A DNA stretch of 64,000 nt, from contig CAVRQT010000003.1 of NCBI GenBank assembly GCA_963723515.1, forward strand, positions 1 through 64,000, given 5' to 3'. Origin of the DNA: Vulcanimicrobiota bacterium (lineage in GTDB: Bacteria > Vulcanimicrobiota > Vulcanimicrobiia > Vulcanimicrobiales > Vulcanimicrobiaceae). The notes beneath the pieces are model-generated. The model was not told the origin of the DNA. It did not search any database and worked only from the letters and a program-made list of their open reading frames with translations. A program made the translations under genes and the position numbers. Shown here in pieces: positions 52,278 through 61,553 of this stretch (position 1 is its first letter; each line of letters opens with the position of its first letter).

Positions 52278-52993
52278 TGATCGTTTCATCGGCGACGGCG
52301 CAAGCACTGGAGAAGATCACGGAGCGTGAATCTGAGTTGCGCGCGGCGTTTACTCCCGGCGCACAGCCGACCCACCCGGAAATTACGGCGGCGCCGTCAG
52401 TTGAAGCGGATCGCTCGCCCCTCAGCGTCGCACCGGACGGAAACGCATATTTCGTCGTTCGCGATCCGAATGGCGGCGAGGCGTTTACTCGAGACGGCGT
52501 CTTTCACATCGACGGTGCAGCGCTCGTCGATCGAGACGGCACGCCGGTGCTTGGTTTTCAGCGTGGCGGCGCGCTGAGGCCGTTGCGGCTCGATCCGATC
52601 GACAGCGCACTGGGACGCATACGAAATGTTCGCATCGAAAACGACGGCGCGCTCACGTACGAAAAGAGTGCGATCGACCCGGTGACGCGCCAACCGCAGC
52701 GCGTCAAGATTGTTGCCGGCCGTTTGGCCTTGGCGCGTTTCTCGGCTGCCACGCGGCTCGAGCCGATCGGCGACACGTACTTGCGCGCGCCTGCCGGCAT
52801 ACCACCGCACGTTGGAACGCCCGCTGATGGAAATTTTCTCCCGCTGATTACACATGCGCATTTGCGCAGCGGCATCGACCTGCTGACGGGCATCGATCGG
52901 CTACAGGAATCGTACATGGCGTTTGACGCATTGCGCGCCGCCCATTCAGCGGAAGGGCGAACCGAGAAAATCGCGATGGATTTGCTGAAGTGA
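52274..52993 (+). CDS. FlgE/FlgF/FlgG-family hook/rod protein (short)
   Basis: GNAYFVV....GEAFTRDG.F..DG.LV..DG.PVLG; C-terminal SGIDL..helix. Confidence 0.8.
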   Translation: MMIVSSATAQALEKITERESELRAAFTPGAQPTHPEITAAPSVEADRSPLSVAPDGNAYFVVRDPNGGEAFTRDGVFHIDGAALVDRDGTPVLGFQRGGALRPLRLDPIDSALGRIRNVRIENDGALTYEKSAIDPVTRQPQRVKIVAGRLALARFSAATRLEPIGDTYLRAPAGIPPHVGTPADGNFLPLITHAHLRSGIDLLTGIDRLQESYMAFDALRAAHSAEGRTEKIAMDLLK

Positions 52994-53781
52994 TTCGAAC
53001 GCTCGCCTTTGCACCGGAATGCGAAATGCTCGGCGGACGACAAATTCGCCGCGCACGCTTCGAGCGCCGTTCGTCTTTGCCGATAGCGGCTGCGTGCCTG
53101 ATCGCCAACGGAATTCGCGAGACGCTTGCGATGCTCGTTGCGAAGGCGGTTCGCGTGCGACTGATGGAGCCGGTCTGTCCCGACCCGGACCTCTGGCCGG
53201 TCCTTGTCAATGATGCCCGTCTCTACCAAGTGCGCGGAACGCTGAACACCGCGACCTTCGTCTTAGGCAGCACCGATGCGATCGGGCTCACGCGAATGCT
53301 GTTCGGTGCAAGCGAGCAAACCGAAGACCGCCTTTCGCGAATTGAAGAGCACGTCTTAGGCCGCATGATCGAAGCGCTTGCCGCAACGCTCGCGCCGGTG
53401 TGCGGGAAGACGGTTGAAATCGCCGCCCCCGGCCGCGAGCTGCCGGGTTGGCTAACGTTTCTTGACGTGCTCATCGAGGAGCCCGTGTCGTTGCGCCTCG
53501 GCATCGCGCTGACTCGCGATACGTTCGAAGCGCCGGCGCCGCTCTTTCGAGCGGAACATCTGCTCGATGTGCGGTTGCACTTGACCGCACAGACGAGGGA
53601 AACGGAAATCGATTCGTCTCGGTTAATGCGCCTGGAGGCGGGCGCAGTCGTGCCGCTCGGCGCGCAACGAGAGGGGTGCGATCGCCTCAAGATGGGCGAT
53701 CGAACGGTCGCCGTTGGAACGTGCGGCGCGCACGGCGATTCCCGTGCTTTCTCGGTCAGCAAACTTCTGTCGGCAGCATGA
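52990..53781 (+). CDS. fliM: Divergent FliM-like C-ring protein
   Basis: LSRIEEHVL middle-domain motif; C-terminal SpoA-like LMRLEAGAVVPL..GTCG; precedes fliN. Confidence 0.6.
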   Translation: MIRTLAFAPECEMLGGRQIRRARFERRSSLPIAAACLIANGIRETLAMLVAKAVRVRLMEPVCPDPDLWPVLVNDARLYQVRGTLNTATFVLGSTDAIGLTRMLFGASEQTEDRLSRIEEHVLGRMIEALAATLAPVCGKTVEIAAPGRELPGWLTFLDVLIEEPVSLRLGIALTRDTFEAPAPLFRAEHLLDVRLHLTAQTRETEIDSSRLMRLEAGAVVPLGAQREGCDRLKMGDRTVAVGTCGAHGDSRAFSVSKLLSAA

Positions 53782-54080
53782 ATCCGCAGGGGTTTACGGC
53801 TGCCGAAGATCCGGAGCCGCCAAACCTGACATTGCTGATGAATGTCGCGCTGCAGATCTGCGCGCAACTCGGAACGTGCACGTTGACTGTCCGTGAGGTG
53901 CTCTCGATGGGCGCGGGATCGATCGTCGAGCTCGATCGGGGATGTACCGATCCCGTCGAGTTGATCGTCAACGGAAAGCGCGTTGCACGGGGCGAGATCG
54001 TCGCCGTTGAGGAGAAGCTTGGCGTGCGCATTACCGAACTGATTGCCCTTCGACAGGCTCAGGATGACACGGCGCCGTGA
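53778..54080 (+). CDS. fliN: FliN C-ring protein
   Basis: GSIVELDR...PVELIVNGKRVARGEIVAV...GVRITE. Confidence 0.9.
   Translation: MNPQGFTAAEDPEPPNLTLLMNVALQICAQLGTCTLTVREVLSMGAGSIVELDRGCTDPVELIVNGKRVARGEIVAVEEKLGVRITELIALRQAQDDTAP
54046..54069. repeat. REP-like half element inside the fliN 3' end
   Basis: cccttcgacaggctcaggatgaca. Confidence 0.8.
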
Positions 54081-54733
54081 GGGAATGGCTCGCGCTCGCA
54101 CAGCACGCTCATGCAGCACTGCCGCTCGATATTCTGGGCGGCTTGCTTTTGATCGGCATCGCGCCGTTCATCTTGGTGATGTCGACGTCGTTTGTCAGGA
54201 TCGTCGTCGTGCTCTCGCTCGTGCGCTCCGCGATCGGTGCCGCCGCGCTTCCGCCGAATACCGTTCTAACGGGCCTAGCACTGATTCTGACGCTGGTGAT
54301 CATGTCACCGACGCTGAATGCAATTTCAAAGCACGCCGTCGAGCCGTACACGCGCGGACGGCTCTCGCAAGGCGCCTTTCTCGAACGTGCCGCGACGCCG
54401 CTGCGCGCCTTCATGCTGCGGCAGACGCGCGCCGACGACATTGCTCTCTTCTCGCGTGTGGCACATCGTTCGCGTGAACCGGCGGCACAAACGCCCACGT
54501 TCGTTTTGGTTCCCGCGTTCGTCGTCGGGGAACTGAGAAGCGCCTTTGCAATCGGCTTCGCGCTCTATCTTCCGTTCGTTGCGATTGACCTAGCCGTGGC
54601 GTCGATCCTGATGGGCTTGGGCATGTTCATGTTGAGCCCGCCCGTCATCTCGTTGCCGGCGAAGTTATTGTTGTTCGTGATGGTTGACGGTTGGGCGCTC
54701 GTTTGCGGAGGCGTCGTTTCCAGCTTCCGCTAA
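54077..54733 (+). CDS. fliP: Export gate FliP/SctR
   Basis: TSFVRIVVVL, PPNTVL.GLAL, PAF...EL, MGLGMFML.P..ISLP.KLLLFV.VDGW. Confidence 0.92.
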   Translation: MREWLALAQHAHAALPLDILGGLLLIGIAPFILVMSTSFVRIVVVLSLVRSAIGAAALPPNTVLTGLALILTLVIMSPTLNAISKHAVEPYTRGRLSQGAFLERAATPLRAFMLRQTRADDIALFSRVAHRSREPAAQTPTFVLVPAFVVGELRSAFAIGFALYLPFVAIDLAVASILMGLGMFMLSPPVISLPAKLLLFVMVDGWALVCGGVVSSFR

Positions 54734-54750
54734 AGTAGCGCGCAACGCCG

Positions 54751-55656
54751 ATGCGAATCGATCTCGCGCTAGCGACGCGCCGTCCGTTCTTTTCCTTCGA
54801 ATTCTTTCCGCCGAAAAGCGACGACGGACAGGAGCAGCTTTTTCGCGCGATTGAGACGCTGTGCACGCTGCATCCATCCTTCGTTTCAGTCACCTACGGA
54901 GCGGGAGGATCGACCCGCGCCCGCACGACGACGCTCACCAAGCAAATCCAAAACGAAATCGGACTCGCGGCGATGGCGCACATCACGTGCGTTGGGCACT
55001 CGCGCCGTGAACTGCGTGAGATCTTTTACGATCTCGAGCAAGCCGGCATCGAAAACGTTCTCGCTCTACGCGGCGACCCGCCGCGCGGTCAGGCGTTCCA
55101 GATGAGCGCTGACGGCTTCTCGTACGCCTCTGAGCTTACCGCGATGCTTGCGCGGGACTTTAATTTTACGGTCGGCGGCGCGGCATATCCGGAGAAGCAC
55201 CTGGAAGCAAAGACGCTTGACGCCGATCTGCAACACCTTGCGTTGAAGGTGCGCGCCGGGGCGAAGTTCTTGATCACGCAACTCTTCTTTGACAACGAAT
55301 ACTACTTCTCGTTTGTCAAGCGCGCCCGCGCGATCGGCATCACCGTACCAATCTTGCCCGGCATCATGCCGATTACGAACTTCGAGCAGATCTCGCGCTT
55401 CACCGCGATGTGCGGCGCAACGATTCCACCGAAGTTGTATGCGGAGTTGCTTGCCCGTGCCGATCAGCCTGATGCGGTCAAAGAGCTCGGCGTCTCCTAC
55501 GCCACGTTGCAGTGCCAGGACTTGCTCGCGCGGGGAGCGCCGGGCATTCATTTTTATACATTGAACAAATCCCCGGCCACGCGCGCCGTCGTTTCCGCGC
55601 TGCTCGCTGCCAGCGCGTGGCAGCCGATGCCGCAGACGAAGTTTCAAGCGCTCTAG
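54751..55656 (+). CDS. metF: 5,10-methylenetetrahydrofolate reductase
   Basis: SFEFFPPK, SVTYGAGGS, LALRGDPP, YPEKH, ITQLFFD, HFYTLN. Confidence 0.95.
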   Translation: MRIDLALATRRPFFSFEFFPPKSDDGQEQLFRAIETLCTLHPSFVSVTYGAGGSTRARTTTLTKQIQNEIGLAAMAHITCVGHSRRELREIFYDLEQAGIENVLALRGDPPRGQAFQMSADGFSYASELTAMLARDFNFTVGGAAYPEKHLEAKTLDADLQHLALKVRAGAKFLITQLFFDNEYYFSFVKRARAIGITVPILPGIMPITNFEQISRFTAMCGATIPPKLYAELLARADQPDAVKELGVSYATLQCQDLLARGAPGIHFYTLNKSPATRAVVSALLAASAWQPMPQTKFQAL

Positions 55657-55868
55657 AGGAACCTCCGAAGAAGCCCCACGCGCCCAGTCGCCGCAGCGCT
55701 TTTAGGCCATTTCATTGTTGCTGCGGCGGCCACAATGCGCTGCATTGCGTCCGTCCTCGCGCCTCGAACTGGCCAAAAATCGCCGCGACGGTAGAGCACG
55801 GAGGCTTCTTCGGGGGTTCCTAAAACTTCGGCAAAACGGCGCTCATCTGCGTCGATTACACTCGCGCG

Positions 55869-56138
55869 ATGGATGTCTTCGATCGGCTGCTCCGCGAGTC
55901 TCTCGTCGTCGCGGCGTTGCTCTGCTTGCCCGTGTTGATCGCTGCAACCGCGGTGGGAACGGCCGTAGCGCTGCTGCAAGCCGCGACGCAAGTACAAGAG
56001 CAAACCTTATCACTGCTTCCCAAACTCCTGGTTGTCGGCGTGGCGATTGCACTCTTCGGCGGATTTGGGATGCATCTGTGCGCTGCGCTCTTCGTTGAAG
56101 CGATCGCGCAGCTTGCGCAGATCGTGCACGGCGTTTGA
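55869..56138 (+). CDS. fliQ: Export gate FliQ/SctS
   Basis: LQAATQVQEQTLSLLPK. Confidence 0.9.
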   Translation: MDVFDRLLRESLVVAALLCLPVLIAATAVGTAVALLQAATQVQEQTLSLLPKLLVVGVAIALFGGFGMHLCAALFVEAIAQLAQIVHGV

Positions 56139-56851
56139 ATGCGACGGCGCTCCTCGTCTTTGCACGCTGTGCCGGTTTCGTCTTTAAAGCGCCCGGCTTC
56201 TCGCATCCGAGCGTTCCGCCGCCGGTGCGCGCGGGATTGGCGCTCGTTCTCGCGATTGGTCTGCAACCGGCAACCGCTCATGCTGGATCCGCCTTCGGCC
56301 TGCCGTTCGTCTTTGGGATGGTTAGCGAGTTTGCGATCGGCGCCGCAATCGGCATAGCGACAGCGGTCCTCTACGACGGCGCGTATGCCGCTGGTCGCGT
56401 ACTGGACGATTACGTTGGAATTCGCGGCAGCGTGCCTTCAGCGGCATTTTTTGCGTCGAGCGGCTTCGGACGAGTTTGGTCCCTGACGTTTCTCGCCGGG
56501 TTCTTCTTGCTGCGCGGTTACGATCCGATCTTGCGCATCCTCGCGGACGGCTTTAACCGCCTGCCGCCGGGCGCTGCGTTACATCAAACGGGTTTTCAGC
56601 TTTTGGCCATCTCGTTGCCCGCGCTGATGCTCAAAGCTGCGCTCTTCATCGCCGGTCCCGCGATTGCACTCGTGTTCGTCGCGCAATGTGCTTTGGGAAC
56701 GCTCTCGCGCGCAATTCCGCGGTTCGCGAGCTTCACGCTCTCGTTTCCCATCAACTTCGCGGGCGTGCTGATCGTCACGCTGATTATGGTCCCGCTACTG
56801 CTTCATACCGGCGGCCGCCCGTGGATCTTTCTGCCCTTTCTTAGGCGATGA
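56135..56851 (+). CDS. fliR: Export gate FliR/SctT
   Basis: FAR......AP.F....VP..VR, E..IG, AG..LD, LG.LSRAIP; between fliQ and flhB. Confidence 0.85.
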   Translation: MNATALLVFARCAGFVFKAPGFSHPSVPPPVRAGLALVLAIGLQPATAHAGSAFGLPFVFGMVSEFAIGAAIGIATAVLYDGAYAAGRVLDDYVGIRGSVPSAAFFASSGFGRVWSLTFLAGFFLLRGYDPILRILADGFNRLPPGAALHQTGFQLLAISLPALMLKAALFIAGPAIALVFVAQCALGTLSRAIPRFASFTLSFPINFAGVLIVTLIMVPLLLHTGGRPWIFLPFLRR

Positions 56852-57870
56852 GCGAACCGAGCGGGGAACGGCAATTTGAGGCCAGCGCCGCACGCTTACG
56901 TAAAGCCCGAGAGGAAGGTGACGTACCACGCTCGGCCGATCTCTGCGGCGCGCTCGCCTTCGCCGCGGCGACTTTGGCAATCGCCGCCGGCATGCCGTGG
57001 GTCGTAACGTCCGCTGAGGCTTCGATTCGGGAGGCGGCGCTGCAGCGGCGACTCGATTTCGCCTTGCTGATTTGCCTCCTCGCATCGGCGATGCTCTTGC
57101 CGCTCGCTTCAGGCGCCTGCGGCGCAATTGCCGCCGGCGTCTTGCAGACCGGTGGTTTGCAATTGCGAATGCCGCGGCTCTCGTTCACCCGGCTCAATCC
57201 AAGTGACGGATGCAAGCGCATCTTTTCGCGGGACACGTTCTTGACGATGTTGCGCGGTGCGATTGCCCTCAGCGGAATCCTCGCCGTTCTTGTGCTTACT
57301 TCCATTCGCGTCGTCGTTCAGGCGGCTGGTTCTTCAGAACCCGCCGCACTTGGCGGAGCAACATGGAATGGAGCGCTTTGCGTCGCGATTGCGGGCGCAG
57401 CATTTGCGGTTCTCTTTGGCGCGGTCGATTTCATCACGATGGTGAGGCGGTGGCGCGGACGTTTGCGTATGACGCTCGCGGAATTCAAGCGCGATCAAAA
57501 GGAGACTGAAGGGGATCCGCTGCTGCGCAGCCGGCGCCGCTCCGCGCAACGACAATCTTCCCGTTTAGCGGTGCAGCGAGTTGCAGATGCGGCATTCGTT
57601 GTCGTCAATCCGACGCACATCGCGATCGCTTTGGAATATCGGCCACCCGATGTTGCGGTGCCGCGCGTGTTGATTCGCGCCGCCGGCGAGGCGGCAATGC
57701 GCGTTCGGGCGGAGGCTGTCGCGCAGCAAATTCCGATCGTTGAGGATACGGCGCTTGCACGCGCGCTTTACACAACGACCGAAGTCGGCCAGCCGGTTCC
57801 GCTCGAACTCTACATCGCCGTGGCGGCGATCGTCGTTGCGCTTTCGCGCGCGAGCGCGATTTCCAAATGA
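56848..57870 (+). CDS. flhB: Export switch protein FlhB/SctU
   Basis: RLRKAREEGDVPRS, LRMT..E.K...KETEGDP, intact NPTH autocleavage motif. Confidence 0.92.
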   Translation: MSEPSGERQFEASAARLRKAREEGDVPRSADLCGALAFAAATLAIAAGMPWVVTSAEASIREAALQRRLDFALLICLLASAMLLPLASGACGAIAAGVLQTGGLQLRMPRLSFTRLNPSDGCKRIFSRDTFLTMLRGAIALSGILAVLVLTSIRVVVQAAGSSEPAALGGATWNGALCVAIAGAAFAVLFGAVDFITMVRRWRGRLRMTLAEFKRDQKETEGDPLLRSRRRSAQRQSSRLAVQRVADAAFVVVNPTHIAIALEYRPPDVAVPRVLIRAAGEAAMRVRAEAVAQQIPIVEDTALARALYTTTEVGQPVPLELYIAVAAIVVALSRASAISK

Positions 57871-59921
57871 AACGCTGGCCAACGTACGGCCTTGCGGCGG
57901 CGGTCCTTTCTATCGTCTTCATGCTGATCGTCCCGCTTCCGTCCGAGCTGCTGGACGCGCTTCTCGCGTTGAACATTCTTGGCTGTGCGCTGGTCTTGCT
58001 TATGAGCGTCACGATTACGGAACCGCTGGAATTCTCAACGTTTGCGCCGGCCCTGTTAATTGCGACGCTCTTCCGGCTGGCGCTGGATGTCAGCGCGACG
58101 CGCTTGATCCTGACGCAGGGCCACCTCGCGGGCGGAGCCGGCGCGATCATCCCGACCTTTGGACAGTTCGTCGTCCGCGGCAATTTGGTCGTCGGCCTGA
58201 TCGTCTTTACGATCCTCGTAACAATTCAATTCATCGTCATCGCACAAGGCTCGCAGCGGATCGCCGAGGTCGCGGCCCGCTTTACGCTCGATGCAATGCC
58301 AGGCAAGCAGATGGCCATCGACGCTGAGGTGCATGCCGGCGTTATCGAGGCGGAAAACGCGCGCATGAAGCGCGCGCTGGTGCAGAAGGAGGCAGATTTC
58401 TACGGCGCCATGGACGGCGCCGGCAAATTCGTCAAAGGCGACGCGATCGCGGCGCTGGTCATAGTCGTTTTGAACCTGATCGGTGGTTTGATCGTCGGAA
58501 TCGGCTACCATGGGCTCTCGCCCGCCGACGCACTCAATACGTTCGCGTTGCTTTCAATCGGAAACGCGCTCGTGACGACGCTGCCGGCATTTCTGATGTC
58601 GATCGCGATGGGCATGATGGTCACGCGCGTTTCGGCCGGCGGATCGCTCGGCTTCGATCTCTCGCAACAGGTCTTTGCAAGACCGGACCTCTTGCGTGCG
58701 GCAGCGTGCTTGATTTTCGTGCTGGCGATCGTGCCGGGTTTGCCGCGACCGCTGTTTCTGATTTTAGGCATGTGCGCGATGGGCGCCGCGCAACTTCTGC
58801 TCCGCATGCATGCTGCCAACGACGCGGCCGAAAAAGAGGCCAAGGAACGCGCCCGACGCAGCGCCATTCGAAGGCCGGAGATGGCGCTTTCGCTCGTCGG
58901 CGTCGACGCGGTTTGCATTGAGTTCGGTCATGCGTTGACGCCGCTGCTCGCGTCACCCGCGTGCGAGCAGTTGCTCGATCGAATCGGTGAAGTTCGCCGC
59001 GCGCTCGCCGCCGATATCGGCGTCGTCCTGCCCGGCGTGCGTCTGCGCGATAATCCCGCCGACGATGCGGACGGCTACGTCATTCGCATTCGCGAGGAGC
59101 GCGTCGCGCAGGGCCGATTACAGCTCGATGCCCTCCTTGCGGTCTGCGAACATGCACGCATAAGGCACCTGGACGGAATGCAAACCTCGGAACCGGTGTA
59201 CGGCTTGCCGGCGAAGTGGATTTCGGCACGGGATCGGGACGCGGCAATTTCCGCCGGAGCGCTCGTCTTCGATCCCATCTCCGTTTTAGGCTCTCATTTG
59301 GCGGAAGTTGCTCGCGAGCACGCCGATGCGCTGCTCGGGCGTCAGGAGTTGCAAACGTTGCTGGAGCATCTGCGCACGATCGTGCCGGCGCTGATAAAAG
59401 AAGTCGGAACGGATAACTTGCCGCTGGCGACGCTGCATCGGGTCTTCACCTTGCTGCTTCGGGAGCGGATCTGGCCCCGCGATCCGAGCGCTGCGCTCGA
59501 AGCGATCGTCGATGCCGCAGCGACTTCACGCGACGCACGAGAGATTGCGGAACGCGCTCGTGCTGCAATCGTTCCGTCGCTCCTGCGCCGCAGCGAAACA
59601 GCGTCATTGGAAGCGATGATCTTCGCACCGCCATTGGAACGCGAGCTGACCGAAGCGTGGATTCCATCCGTTGATGGACCAACCGCCGCACCCGATCCCT
59701 CGGTTGCTATGCGGCTGCGGGAGTTTGCGCTTCGATTTGCGGCGAGCGTCCCGCGCGAACGCTCGGCAGCGGTATGCGGAAGCCGCCTGCGACCGATGCT
59801 TGCGGATTTCTTCTTGCGCGCGGGAATCGCGCTGCCCGTCTTTTCTTATAACGAGCTTCCAACCAATATCGAACTTCTGCCGCGCGCGCTCTTTGGCGCT
59901 GAACCCGCCTTAGCTTCTTAA
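57867..59921 (+). CDS. flhA: Export apparatus FlhA/SctV
   Basis: RIAEVAARFTLDAMPGKQMAID, EADFYGAMDGAGKFVKGDAIA, FSYNEL. Confidence 0.95.
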   Translation: MKRWPTYGLAAAVLSIVFMLIVPLPSELLDALLALNILGCALVLLMSVTITEPLEFSTFAPALLIATLFRLALDVSATRLILTQGHLAGGAGAIIPTFGQFVVRGNLVVGLIVFTILVTIQFIVIAQGSQRIAEVAARFTLDAMPGKQMAIDAEVHAGVIEAENARMKRALVQKEADFYGAMDGAGKFVKGDAIAALVIVVLNLIGGLIVGIGYHGLSPADALNTFALLSIGNALVTTLPAFLMSIAMGMMVTRVSAGGSLGFDLSQQVFARPDLLRAAACLIFVLAIVPGLPRPLFLILGMCAMGAAQLLLRMHAANDAAEKEAKERARRSAIRRPEMALSLVGVDAVCIEFGHALTPLLASPACEQLLDRIGEVRRALAADIGVVLPGVRLRDNPADDADGYVIRIREERVAQGRLQLDALLAVCEHARIRHLDGMQTSEPVYGLPAKWISARDRDAAISAGALVFDPISVLGSHLAEVAREHADALLGRQELQTLLEHLRTIVPALIKEVGTDNLPLATLHRVFTLLLRERIWPRDPSAALEAIVDAAATSRDAREIAERARAAIVPSLLRRSETASLEAMIFAPPLERELTEAWIPSVDGPTAAPDPSVAMRLREFALRFAASVPRERSAAVCGSRLRPMLADFFLRAGIALPVFSYNELPTNIELLPRALFGAEPALAS

Positions 59922-61417
59922 GCGCGCTTCTGCCAACGGAGCGTTGCCATTGCATTGGGCTTCATACCGTCGCACCAGGTCGTATAGTAGGTGCGGGGCG
60001 GAATCCCGCTTGTCGCATACGCATATGACAGCCTTGGCCCATCTCGAACGGCCACGCATGCGCGATGCAGTTGCATGATGAAGTCGGGACGCCGTTCCAG
60101 CGGCACCTTGTCGATGAAGAGCGCGCGATGCGCACGAAGGTCCGCATCGTTGAACCAGCGTTTGGCTTCCTGCCCTTGGGTATCGTAACCGATGACGGCG
60201 GGTGTAACGCCGGCGTAAAAGTCCAGCGCCGACGAAAAGCCATAACCGTCCGTGACGGCAATCGCCCGCTGCTGCTCCGTGATGCGCCTGACGTCATGCG
60301 CTAAGCGCTCGTACGTGTAAATCTCAAATGCACCGTTGTCGCTCAAGTGAATCCCAAGATGCTGGACAAAGGCATAGATTCGATCTGGAACGATCGTTGC
60401 GCCGAAAAGCAGCACGAGTAAGAAAATCGCCGGCGCAATCGCAAATCCACTCCAAAAGCGGCGCATCTTGGGCGCAAGGCCGGTCCACGCAATTCCTGCG
60501 GCGATCGCGAGCGTCACAAACGGCGCATCAAACCAATAGACTTCGACCGGCTCCTTAAAGGCCAGCAGTGCAAAGCCGATCCCGAGCGGCAAAGCGCTCC
60601 AGAGCAGCAGCGGATTGCGGGCGCGTGCGGCCGCCACCACTGCGGCGGCATATAGCCCCGGCGAAAATGCGATGATCGCAGTGAGCTGCAACGTCAGCGG
60701 TCGCAAGAGCATCGGATGGCCCGCGTGACGTCCAAAGATCGAAAAAACGAACGTGATCCAGCCATGCGTAGCATTCCAAAGCAGAAATGGCGCTATCAGC
60801 AACACCGCGATCGCAACGCTGAACCACAGCCGCTGCGGTTCAACGGGCCGACGCAGGGAGCGTAGTGCGAGCCAGACGCCGGCAAGGAAGGCGAAACCGA
60901 AGAGTCGCGAGAGCAGCGTAAGCCCAACGCACACTCCAAGCCACACATACCAGCGCGTTTCGCCTTCACGAAACGCACGAGCACCGAAATACAGCGCGGC
61001 GGTCCATGCGGCGAGATAGGGGCCATCGGGAACGGCCGTTGCAAAGGCGATCGAAAGAATGGGGGCGAGCGCCACAGCCAGCCCGGCCGGTAGGGCGGCG
61101 CGGCGATCCTCGGCAAGATAGGCCGCCGTTGCAGCGGCAAAAACCGGCGCAGCGATGCCGCAGATAATGAAGGGCAGGCGGACGGCAAACGGGTTCGCAC
61201 CCAGCCAGGAGAAGAGCCGGATCGCATAGGCCACCAACGGCGGATGGTCGGTGTAGCCGGCCGCGAGATGACGGCTCCACTCCCAGTAGTAGCCCTCATC
61301 CCCGCCCAGCGGCGTGCGCCAGGCGCCGAGGCAGCGCAGCAGCGTCAGGATCGCCACCGTCGTCACAAGCAGGCCGCCCCCGTCCCACGAACGCAGCACA
61401 ATCTTGAGTTTTGTCAT
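59918..61417 (-). CDS. ArnT/PMT (GT39/GT83)-family membrane glycosyltransferase
   Basis: DEGYYWEW, GYTDHPPL, VRLP, many TM helices. Confidence 0.85.
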   Translation of the reverse strand: MTKLKIVLRSWDGGGLLVTTVAILTLLRCLGAWRTPLGGDEGYYWEWSRHLAAGYTDHPPLVAYAIRLFSWLGANPFAVRLPFIICGIAAPVFAAATAAYLAEDRRAALPAGLAVALAPILSIAFATAVPDGPYLAAWTAALYFGARAFREGETRWYVWLGVCVGLTLLSRLFGFAFLAGVWLALRSLRRPVEPQRLWFSVAIAVLLIAPFLLWNATHGWITFVFSIFGRHAGHPMLLRPLTLQLTAIIAFSPGLYAAAVVAAARARNPLLLWSALPLGIGFALLAFKEPVEVYWFDAPFVTLAIAAGIAWTGLAPKMRRFWSGFAIAPAIFLLVLLFGATIVPDRIYAFVQHLGIHLSDNGAFEIYTYERLAHDVRRITEQQRAIAVTDGYGFSSALDFYAGVTPAVIGYDTQGQEAKRWFNDADLRAHRALFIDKVPLERRPDFIMQLHRACVAVRDGPRLSYAYATSGIPPRTYYTTWCDGMKPNAMATLRWQKRA

Positions 61418-61458
61418 CCTGAGCTTAGCCTGTACTGAGCTTGTCGAAGCATCAAAGG
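61412..61458. repeat. Nested REP-like half element
   Basis: tgtcatcctgagct[tagcctgtactgagcttgtcgaagca]tcaaagg. Confidence 0.8.
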
Positions 61459-61462
61459 ACGT

Positions 61463-61492
61463 TTGACGCTCAAAGAGCGCTCCTGCTACAAT
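61463..61492 (+). promoter_or_regulatory. Sigma70 promoter of secDF
   Basis: TTGACG-N18-TACAAT. Confidence 0.6.
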
Positions 61493-61553
61493 GCATCAGC
61501 TTACGCCGCGGTCGGCTCTTGTGGCCCCGAGGTGATCCGCATCTTGGGAGATC

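Noticed and set aside
55653..56003. 116-aa minus-strand ORF between metF and fliQ
   Set aside because: Overlaps fliQ antisense with no recognisable motif; a short gene in 55653-55850 cannot be excluded or supported.
46285..59921. Canonical injectisome (non-flagellar T3SS)
   Set aside because: No secretin, SctD, needle, tip or translocon genes; components and order are flagellar (FlgB/C, FliE, FliF, FliM/N).
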